Positions 1 through 7,982 of a DNA stretch of 18,435 nucleotides are shown in pieces (position 1 is the first letter of the stretch; each line of letters starts with the position of its first letter). The stretch is from Oopsacas minuta (Eukaryota; Animalia; Porifera). A program made the translations under genes and the position numbers. The notes under the pieces are model-generated. The model did not search any database. It had not been told where the DNA came from and saw only the letters and a list, made by a program, of their open reading frames with translations. The stretch is taken from the NCBI GenBank assembly GCA_024704765.1, contig JAKMXF010000120.1:1-18435 (forward strand), read 5' to 3'.

Positions 1-309
1 AGTGATCCGTGTATGTTTGTGTTCAATTCAGATCACGTTCTAACCAACAGACTGATAACTAAAGGTGATGGCAAACAAACAAACAGTCCATTCTGTTTCG
101 ACATAGACAGAGACTATAACATCATTATGAGTGACTACTATAATGACTGTGTGTACGTATTCAATGAGGAGGGAGAACAGATACACAAGTTTGGGAAAAC
201 AGGTCGGGGTATCGGGGAGTTCATTAATCCATTTGGAATAGCACTAGACAACACAGGACACATTATAGTTGTGTGTCATAAGAAAACTAATTGTCTACAA
301 TTCTTTTGA
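1..309 (+). CDS. C-terminal part of an NHL-repeat (beta-propeller; TRIM71/BRAT/TRIM2-3-like) protein, 5'-partial
   Basis: Frame is open from base 1 (SDPCMFVFN...) to TGA at 307-309. Two NHL-type repeats: PFCFDIDRDYNIIMSDYYNDCVYVF and FGKTGRGIGEFINPFGIALDNTGHIIVV. Ends CLQFF*. Confidence 0.85.
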   Translation, partial: SDPCMFVFNSDHVLTNRLITKGDGKQTNSPFCFDIDRDYNIIMSDYYNDCVYVFNEEGEQIHKFGKTGRGIGEFINPFGIALDNTGHIIVVCHKKTNCLQFF

Positions 310-321
310 ACGATCTTTCAT

Positions 322-327
322 AATAAA
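322..327 (+). terminator. Candidate polyadenylation signal of the NHL gene
   Basis: AATAAA 12 nt after the NHL stop codon. The background is AT-rich, so a chance match is possible. Confidence 0.4.
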
Positions 328-493
328 ATAGCTAATTAGTATTAGAATCTACTTATTTCTATTCAATTACATTTGTTATTAGTAATTGCATAGAAGTGTA
401 CTATACTATTATCATGAATAAATTTTATTACAAAGGCATTGGAAGGAAACCAAATATATGTAAGTCCAACTGCCATAAGGCTAAACTAATATA

Positions 494-575
494 CAGTGGA
501 TCCCGCGCCGGTTGCAAGAACACTGGGTAAAAAACACGCTAGAATTAAGCACCATCCTGAAAACGGTTTTCATAC
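494..575. mobile_element. Degenerate family-A MITE fragment
   Basis: TA-CAGTGGAT...CAAGAACAC and ACCATCCTGAAAACGGTTTTCATAC, matching the 7983 copy (ACCATCCTCTGGAAAACGGTTCTCATATAC). Confidence 0.55.
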
Positions 576-725
576 AGATATCCTGGCTAGACCACCATGT
601 GGCACATCGATTTCGAAGTTTCCGACGAAAAACAATTGACGAAATAATAAAGGACAAAATTGCCATATGATAGCATACGGTATATTATTTCTAGTACTGT
701 TCTCAATTATAATTATTTTATTCAG

Positions 726-801
726 AACACTTGAGGGTTGAAGAGATAACTCGTAGATTGAAAGTAGCAGATTATGGCATTCCTCTAAATCCAGAAGACA
801 G
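726..801 (+). CDS. SF1: SF1 exon (76 nt), xHLRVEEITRRLKVADYGIPLNPEDR
   Basis: ttttattcAG acceptor at 724-725; GT at 802; phase 1 to 2. Confidence 0.9.
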
Positions 802-3800
802 GTTATTCTTATTAGTTATTGGTGTACTTGTCCCTATTCGGATAAGAGGTACACTCAGATTGTGTGTACTATTTGTTTCACGAAGTGTACGTCTTATCCG
901 AGTTATACTGTAACTCTTTAGAAAATTTGAGTTTTTGTCTGATATTCTGTGATTTCCAGAATTCCAGTAAAAACTAATATTGCAGCAATATTGCCCTCAA
1001 GGGCCCTAGTTTATACTATTTTGGAAAATTGGTGAAAGGAGAAAATTTATCATGTGGTTTCTAATCCCAGGTCTCCATCCCCTGAGCCTGAATATGGCAG
1101 AGACGGTAAGAGAGTAAACACGAGAGAAGTTCGTTACAAGAAGAAGATGGAGGATGAGAGGCATAGATTAATTCTAGAGAATCAGATTTTAAATCCAGAT
1201 TACAAGGCACCTATGGATTACAGGTATGTATTATTAATTAGAATTCTTCTTTGATTTATAAGCATTGAATAATATTTTTGTATATGATTAATTCGATTCA
1301 GCATGGAAACGAAAATCAGTATAAGTATTAACCGAACTACGTCATATCCGAGTATTCTTCCTATACGATGAGTACAAGAATATATAATCCGTTGTTGAGA
1401 AAGTACGTATTAAGCTGAGTACGTCCGAACCGACTTCTAATGCATTGCGTTTATTTTTGTTTAATTTCCATAAATTATAGACTCCCAGCTCAGAGATATC
1501 AAGAGAGGATAATGCTACCAACAGAACTACCTCCTAATACAAACTTCATAGGGCTAATTATAGGCCCGAGGTAAGGATATAGATTATAGTAATTACTAAT
1601 ATCAGGGACGAAACTAGGGAAGGTTCATGCCATAAGTAAAAAGTTAATTCCATATTTCTGTTCATGCTAAAGTTCATGGTTCACATCATGTTCTTGCAAT
1701 ATGTCAAAAGTAAATCTATGAACTTTGTTCATGACCTGCCAACACTGGACTTCAAAAAATCTAAAAATCCCAGAGAGTAGCTACACAACATCCATATGGC
1801 TCAGGCCTGCCCCTAGTTTCGTCCGGACTAACCACCTATTTTCCATTTAACTAACAAGCCTATTAACATAACAAATTTACACTAATCTATATGTAGGGTG
1901 CTTGGATCAATATAATGTCTATTGTAATTGTAAATTCTGTATTAACTCTCTATTCTCAGGTTTTAGACTTTCTGTATTTTTCTGTATTCTTAACTTTTTT
2001 TCGTTAAGGGGGAACTCTCTCAAGGAATTGGAGAAAAAGGTAGAAACAGACTCGACTAACTCATTTCTCTTTCAATTAACCTGTAGCTCTAGCTTAGTAT
2101 TAACAACATATACAACTGACGAACGAGCGAATGGTGACATCATCTGGATTACTCGATTACTTAGCCTCGAAAGATTTATTTTTCTTATAGCTCTTACCAT
2201 TTTAGCCATAATTATTATAGCTTTTGTGTATTAATATTCTTAGTAGGTTATTGTTCCATTTTGTTTTTCTTTCAACAGACTGGAACGAAAATAATGATCC
2301 GTGGGAAAGGCTCTAGCAAGGAAGGAAAGGTATTTTGAATAACTACCGTCAATTCAAGCTCAAGGGACATAGTAGTTCGATATAACCGATGGAATATATT
2401 TTATTTTGGGACCATATTTTTGGGACAATTTTAGACTTCGATATAACGGGAGGTGACTGTATAGGAGACTCTGATTTATGCTAATATAATTCGATACCCG
2501 AATTTCTCATTTCTAGTGTGCTGCTTATAAATCCCATGGAAATTCCTAACTTCTGGTAAAAGTAGCTCCGTCTTTGATATAGTTTTATATTTGTAGCTTG
2601 GGAAAGACGGACAACCAATGCCTGGAGAAGATGAAGCATTACATGCTCTCGTGAGTGGAAATGATCTCACAACTGTGAATGTAGCTGTCAAAAAGGTGAG
2701 TTAAATATGGGCGTACCGAGGGAGCGGGACATACCATAATCTACTTCTTTACGGTTAGATCAAAGACATTATTGCTGATGCAATACAGAATCCAGGAAAT
2801 GACAATGAATTGAAAAAGACTCAATTAACTGAGCTAGCCAAACTGAATGGAACATTCAAATTCGAGGACATGGTGAAGTGAGTTAATAAATAAACATTTG
2901 TATGTACATACTATTGTGTAAACTCCACGAATGCGGGCTGTGGAAACGGGGAACTAAATGGAGTGAAAAATACGGGGAATTTGCCACAAACGGAGAAACG
3001 GGGTAACATTTAAATTCAAACTTTCAGAGAATTCCTGAACATCATATTTCCTGTGTCTTGTATTTAGATGTCGTAATTGTGGATCAATAGACCACAATAC
3101 ATGGGATTGTCGTGAACAGAAGAACGTGACTGCACAGATACGTTGCTCTAATTGCGGTGGAATGGGACATATATCACTTGATTGTAAAGCTACCACCTTC
3201 ACTCCTCAAGAGAACCAGGCTAACATGGATAAAGAAGTTTGTAGAACTTACATAAGTACCGTATTTACTCGAACAGTAGCCTCCTTTAAATATTAAATTG
3301 GCGATTATAGACAATATCCTAGTGATTGGACGTAGCTTAGGAATTTCCTTCTATGTAATTATTCCACCATATAGAACTTATATAGAGCTCATATAGCCTT
3401 GAACTTCAAAACAACAGTAATTGACTACAGTCATCCCATTATATCGAAGCCCGAGGGACCGTGATTTTCTTGGTATAAGCGGAGTTGTCTATTTATTTTA
3501 ATTTCTATAGTACCAGACATTCCGTGCGTTGGTAGACAAAGAAATGGGTATAACAACTACGACAGCTGATCCAGTAGCACTCCCTCCAGTTCATGTACCC
3601 ATTGCACAACCACCTCATCAGGACCCAGGTAGAGACTACGGATCCCAGAGAGGGAGAGTGATGAGAGGACAGAGAGGGAGAGGTAGACCTGGATATGGTA
3701 GAGGAGATTTCGGAGGGTATAGACCACCGTATGATGGTTATGGATATACAGGAGGGTATGACCGACCTCCTGCACCTCATTCAGCCGTACCACCTCCAAA

Positions 3801-4620
3801 CTCTATCGTACGTATTCCTTATATGGATTTAATTTCTATTGTTTTAATATTGTCGAAATTTTGAGTCACTTGCATTAATCTAGCTCTACACATTTGTTAC
3901 TCTACTATGTTATTTTGTTATTATTTATAGACATCTGAGGATAATCCTGGAGGATTAACTCTCTACGATCCTAGTACTCAACCTAAGAGGAAGAGAGAGT
4001 GGGGAGAAGAAGGATACGGTAAGATATAAACAGAAATTTCTATCAAATACACTGAACTATTTATTGTAAAGTAGACTACGCGTAATTGGGTCGCTTCGGG
4101 ACTAATAATATCAGCTTTTGTATAAAAGCTTGAGTGGAAATATGTACAGTGAAACCGCCACAAACGAAGCCTGTAGAAAAGGAGAATTTCTGGAAACGGA
4201 ATGAAAAATATTATAAGTGTGAATTCCAAGCCTCATACAGATGAACCGCATTTTTCGGCGTCACTGGCAATCTGTTTGTGGAGCTTACACTGTACATGTA
4301 TGAATACATTCAAGTAGCATCTTTAGAATGTAAATGTACTGTGCTTTACTGAAGAATTTCTCATTACATTTTAAGAGATATTATATCTATGACCATTGTA
4401 CAATAAATCTATATAGGAACATACGGATACGAACAAGGTTACGATCAAGGGTATACACCAGCTTGGAATCCTTCTGGAGGCTACTACAGTCCTGGACAAT
4501 ATCCAGGACCAAGGAACACGTACCCAGGGTATCAGGACCCTAACTACATGTACCAACCTCCCCCACCCCCACCCCCTCCTGGGCATACTAGTGGACGGTA
4601 TTCTCAGTACGGATATCAGA
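726..4620 (+). CDS. SF1: Splicing factor 1 / branchpoint-binding protein, core exons (5'-partial)
   Basis: GT-AG exons 726-801, 1071-1223, 1481-1570, 2009-2039, 2279-2329, 2597-2695, 2759-2877, 3068-3236, 3511-3807, 3931-4018 and 4417-4620 splice in frame. They give HLRVEEITRRLKVADYGIPLNPEDR-SPSPEP (SPSP phosphosite helix), KH domain ([48 protein letters not shown]), QUA2 (LKKTQLTELAKLNGT), two CCHC knuckles, MDKEY and a low-complexity tail. Confidence 0.95.
836..910. mobile_element. Family-F MITE remnant (CGGATAAGACGTAC motif) in an SF1 intron
   Basis: The reverse complement of the right end plus TA, TACAGTATAACTCGGATAAGACGTACAC, is 27/28 identical to 18279-18306. Confidence 0.7.
1071..1223 (+). 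CDS. SF1: SF1 exon (153 nt), SPSPEPEYGRDGKRVNTRE...DY
   Basis: ctaatcccAG acceptor; GTATGT donor at 1224; SPSP motif. Confidence 0.95.
1481..1570 (+). CDS. SF1: SF1 exon (90 nt), start of KH domain to [10 protein letters not shown]
   Basis: ttatAG acceptor; GTAAGG donor at 1571. Confidence 0.95.
1603..1827. mobile_element. Degenerate TIR element (hAT-like) in an SF1 intron
   Basis: Perfect 14-bp inverted repeat GGACGAAACTAGGG (1606-1619) / CCCTAGTTTCGTCC (1811-1824). Internal GTTCATG repeats. No TSD found. Confidence 0.55.
2009..2039 (+). CDS. SF1: SF1 micro-exon (31 nt), [10 protein letters not shown]
   Basis: Long pyrimidine tract then ttAAG; GT at 2040. Completes the GPRG loop of the KH domain. 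Confidence 0.9.
2279..2329 (+). CDS. SF1: SF1 exon (51 nt), [17 protein letters not shown]
   Basis: tttctttcaacAG acceptor; GT at 2330; conserved IRGKGS.KEGK. Confidence 0.95.
2346..2459. mobile_element. TA-flanked MITE, family D (TTCGATATAAC motif), in an SF1 intron
   Basis: Right end GACTTCGATATAACGGGAGGTGACTG-TA. Related to copies at 3428, 4813 and 7143. Confidence 0.7.
2597..2695 (+). CDS. SF1: SF1 exon (99 nt), [19 protein letters not shown]...VKK
   Basis: ttgtAG acceptor; AAG|GTGAGT donor at 2696. Confidence 0.95.
2759..2877 (+). CDS. SF1: SF1 exon (119 nt), QUA2 region
   Basis: ttAG acceptor after a 63-nt intron; GTGAGT donor at 2878; IKDII...ELAKLNGT. Confidence 0.9.
3068..3236 (+). 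CDS. SF1: SF1 exon (169 nt), two CCHC zinc knuckles
   Basis: tatttAG acceptor; CRNCGSIDHNTWDC and CSNCGGMGHISLDC; ends NMDKE, GT at 3237. Confidence 0.95.
3257..3286 (+). mobile_element. Solo Tc1/pogo-type TIR fragment
   Basis: TA-CCGTATTTACTCGAACAGTAGCC. An inverted GAAATACGG-TA end occurs at 4646-4656. Confidence 0.45.
3428..3491. mobile_element. Family-D MITE remnant
   Basis: TA-CAGTCATCCCATTATATCGAAG matches the reverse complement of the 2459 end. Confidence 0.6.
3511..3807 (+). CDS. SF1: SF1 exon (297 nt), YQTFRALV... Pro/RGG/YG-rich
   Basis: atttctatAG acceptor; GTACGT donor at 3808; in frame with MDKE. Confidence 0.85.
3931..4018 (+). CDS. SF1: SF1 exon (88 nt), TSEDNPGG...PKRKREWGEEGY
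   Basis: ttatttatAG acceptor; G|GTAAGA donor at 4019. Confidence 0.85.
4147..4292. mobile_element. TA-flanked MITE, family B, in an SF1 intron
   Basis: TACAGTGAAACCGCCACAAA versus reverse complement of the right end TACAGTGTAAGCTCCACAAA (17/20 including TA). Confidence 0.75.
4417..4620 (+). CDS. SF1: SF1 exon (204 nt), Tyr/Gly/Pro-rich (YGYEQGYDQGY...PPPPPPPP...YGYQ)
   Basis: atatAG acceptor, phase 1 in. Consensus GTGAGT donor at 4621, phase 1 out. Confidence 0.8.
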
Positions 4621-4812
4621 GTGAGTTATTACACGAGTATATAGCGAAATACGGTAGAATTCAGTACAATTATTACATAATATTCGAATAGGAATTGTAT
4701 TATAATGAATGGAAACTACATTTCAAAGTTTAGACCCTGATCGTTAACTTCGCATAAGAGTAGTATTTACATGTGTAATATGTTGATCAGCGAAAATTAA
4801 CACAATATAATC

Positions 4813-4983
4813 TACTCAACTCCCCGTTATATCGAACACGGATATATCCAAATACCCGCTTATATCGAGGTCTGAATTTAAAATATGATCTCAAAGCAAT
4901 ATACATTTAATCTGCTATACAACAACTTATATTCGAAGTAATTATCGCGGTCCCTTGAGATTCAATAACGAGAATTGATTGTA
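4813..4983. mobile_element. Family-D MITE, between SF1 exon 4620 and the HIP1 stop
   Basis: 4826-4876 is 44/51 identical to the reverse complement of 7259-7309. Right end AATAACGAGAATTGATTG-TA. Confidence 0.7.
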
Positions 4984-5136
4984 TTATGGATTAAACAAAG
5001 AATATATAATTATAACCAATAATACTCAACTCATTCAATTCATATCTAAAGTCAGTACTGCAATAGAAATGAATTAAGAAACTAAAATGTATTACTCATT
5101 GTAAGATTCTTATATACAATTATTAATAGTATTATG

Positions 5137-7907
5137 TCAATTAATATCACCGGTTGCTCCCTCGCTAGTATGATATGTAGATTTTCGTAGGTTCATCAGT
5201 TTTAATCGCGCTTTTTCAAGCTTGCTTTCTAGCTCCAGCACATTGATAGACATATCTCTTTCCAACTTTTTCGCACGAACATATGATAAATTCGTGAAAT
5301 CGATCTCTTCGTTTTCCTCGATTTGGTGTGCTCCCACTTGTGCTGAGGCTATTACCTGGCCAACACATTCTGAAACTTTGCTAGAGGCTCCTTTCACATC
5401 TTTCAAACAACCACTCTCTTTATCTGCTTTTACTTGTGACGTCACAACTAACTGTACGGTACTAGCTGAAATATCCTTGGATACCACCATGAGCTCTTGG
5501 TATGAGGCCCTGCCATCCACACAGCGATCAGCTGTCTCCACCAGATAAGTAGCGCCCTGTCCTACGATCTTTGCCGCAGAAATAAGTCCCTCTGTCCATC
5601 GATGGTTCTTCCTATAGAACTCCTTTGAACTGTGTTCACCTCCCTCTGAAATGATTTCCCTCTGCAAATGTTTTGATTTCTCAATCAACAATTTTATCGC
5701 AGCCATTAACCCTGTACAAGCACCAAGGATATTCCCATTAACTTCAAGTTTAATACCACTTAACTTGTTTTTAGAAGCTTCTAGAATTTCCTGTATCCGT
5801 AACGCAGCTTGATCAACAGCTAAAGTAGTTTGAGCCATTTCCGCTTCAACTTGATCCTCGATTGTAGTTGTATCATCTTTTTTGAATTCACTCAATTCTC
5901 TTTCAAGCTGTTGTACACGTGTACTACTGTGTGTAAGTTCTGCCTCATATGTGGCTGTCTTATTCATGAACTCAGCTCGTACTGTCTCCAATTCATATAC
6001 TCTCATGCCTATTTTCTCCTCTAAATCACTACAGTTAAGATTCAGTGTATTTACTTCAGATTCAAGTTCACTTTGCCTTGTAGCACCTACTTCAGCAACT
6101 TCTAATACAGATTTTAACTGAGCTATTTCCTCTCTGTATTGTGCAAGCTCTCCTTCAGTGTTCATGCGTGACTCCTGCATTTCACTCTGTAGCAGAGATT
6201 CATGTTCATGTTTACTCTCCAACATTATTTGTAAATGTTGTAGTTGCCCTTCTAGTTCAGCGTTATCTTTGAGAGAATTCCCAAGTTCCTCATTCGCCTT
6301 GTTTAGGTTACTTTTCAATTGTCCGTGAGTTTTAAGAAGTTTGACATGTTCCTCTCTCAATTCAAAATACATCTTTTTAGCTTTTCTAGTGTTTCGTCCA
6401 ATTTTGCTTTTTGTTTATTCAAGGTTTCTTCCATTTTAGTTCTTTCACGCAAATTTTCAATTTCAAAGGTTAGTCTCTGTTTCTCCTCTAGAGCCTCATC
6501 CCTGGTCTTTTTCAGCTCATCAAGTGCAATTTTTAATTGTGTCAGTTTGGTCCCTAGTGCATGAATTTGTTTATCTTTTCTCTCTCCTCCTTCTTCCAAT
6601 TCCTCGAGTCTCTGTTTCAATTCTAAATTCTCCCTCAACAGCTGTTCGATAAGATCATCTTTCCCACTTTCATCCGGTATACTTTGCTCTGGGAGAGGTG
6701 GAGGGGGTAAGTTCTCGCTAATCGGTGACATTAGCTCCACTTCATTAATATTCTCTTCTACAACGAATATCGGTGGGTCGATAGACAATTCTCGTATCTT
6801 TGTTAGAGAACTGACATAACTAAGTGATTTTGATGAGAGTAGGAATTTTCTCATTGCATTGTAATGTCTGTAGTAACGTTCTCTGTGTCCTGCTAGCAAC
6901 TCAGCTGGTAGATTGGAATGTAGTAGTTGCATTACATGGTAACTAAGGTCGTAGATACCGGTTTGATCCTCAATAACAGGTACGAGAGGTGCTACTCTAC
7001 ACTGAGCTACCTGTGTGGTGTAACCTTTAGATGGGTCTAGCTCTCCGAAAATTGCACCTTGTAGAGATAGGAGAGCACTTTCATATTCAAGGATATCTAC
7101 CTCCATTTGGAAAAGATGATCTCCTGGAGAATAAATAATATACAAATAACCCTAAAATCCGTTACTTTACCTGGGATTATTACCAAACTAAAAATGACAT
7201 TTATGTCCACGTTGCCACGTATATGTTACTTTACTGTTTGGGACCATATTTGTACAGTTTCAGACTTCGATATGAGCGGGTATATCAATATATCCGTGCT
7301 CGATATTACCTAAGGTGACTGTAATGAATTCCTAATGGATCAACTCACCAGATGTGTATTGCACTTTAGCAAGCTCAATCTTGAAAGTTGAAGGTACAAC
7401 CGGGTACTTAACATGGAACTTAATCTTCTCAATAACAACTCTGAGATAAGTTAGACTCAGTTTATTATAACCTCCTTGGAACATAGCCCATCTCTTCTGT
7501 AGTGTATTCAAATACGATAAGTATTTAGTGCTACGTGAAATTGACTTAGCATGACCATCACGTAGAACTCTATGCAGTACATACATAGCTTTCCAACAAA
7601 CTAATGCTTGACTAGCTAAATCGTGTTTGCTAAGTGTTGTCCAGAATACGTTACAGCCTTGCTCCTTCCATGTAGCTATTATAATTGAACGAATATGTTT
7701 CTCTTTGGGAAGAGATTCCACTTTATTGTTTAGAAGTTTATCAATCGCTTCTTGAACTTCTTTTACCATTGAATCAGATATGATAACTTGTGTTGAGCTT
7801 GGTGGTCTGTATTGAGTCTGTAATGGTATGTCTATACCTACACCAGATTCTTGTCTTATCACTGCTCCATCTCTTTGGACTCTATCTCTATCACCATTGC
7901 TAGCCAT
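5137..7907 (-). CDS. HIP1: Huntingtin-interacting protein 1 / HIP1R / Sla2-family endocytic adaptor (ANTH, coiled coil, I/LWEQ-THATCH); about 848 aa once a 1-nt frameshift is corrected
   Basis: Exon 1 is 7907-7349 (agaATGG start; KEKHIRSIIIATW...CWKAMYVLHRVLRDGH ANTH; G|GTGAGT donor). Intron 7348-7124. Exon 2 is 7123-5137 (tctccAG acceptor; KDDLIEQL and coiled coil; FYRKNHRWTEGLISAAK, KADKES, VLELESKLEKARLKLMNLRK THATCH). Frame switch at 6374-6378. Confidence 0.93.
7143..7321. mobile_element. Family-D MITE filling most of the HIP1 intron
   Basis: Right end CTCGATATTACCTAAGGTGACTG-TA is clear. The left boundary (TA at 7141-7142) is approximate. Confidence 0.65.
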
Positions 7908-7982
7908 TCTATTACCAAACTATTATAATGAATAGAAGTATACATTCATTGGATCCGATTCAATCAAATGTTCGTTGACATA

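Noticed and set aside
481-666. Minus-strand 61-aa ORF and an ATG-ATA-GCA-TAC-G|GT mini-exon at 667-679 as the SF1 start
   Set aside because: The ORF overlaps a MITE remnant. The mini-exon would splice in frame (46-nt intron) but lacks the conserved SF1 N-terminus and aligns one residue off. It cannot be excluded but is unsupported.
1902-2234. 110-aa ORF with hydrophobic stretches
   Set aside because: Reads through SF1 intron sequence and includes only the 31-nt micro-exon. The hydrophobicity comes from polypyrimidine tracts.
3257-4656. Inward-facing TACCGTATTT / AAATACGGTA ends bracketing three SF1 exons (Pack-type exon capture)
   Set aside because: Only 10 bp match, and exon 3511 starts with sequence homologous to native SF1 (MDKE|Y), so these are more simply two independent TIR remnants.
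6360-6400. Tiny intron or canonical -1 slippery heptamer explaining the HIP1 frame switch
   Set aside because: The only GT..AG spans about 15-20 nt and would delete the conserved motif. A AAA AGA does not fit X XXY YYZ.
5222-6564. Plus-strand ORFs 5222-5548, 5830-6024, 5882-6121 and 6319-6564
   Set aside because: Ser/Leu/Phe-rich antisense shadows of the Glu/Lys-rich HIP1 coiled coil; no independent domain signal.
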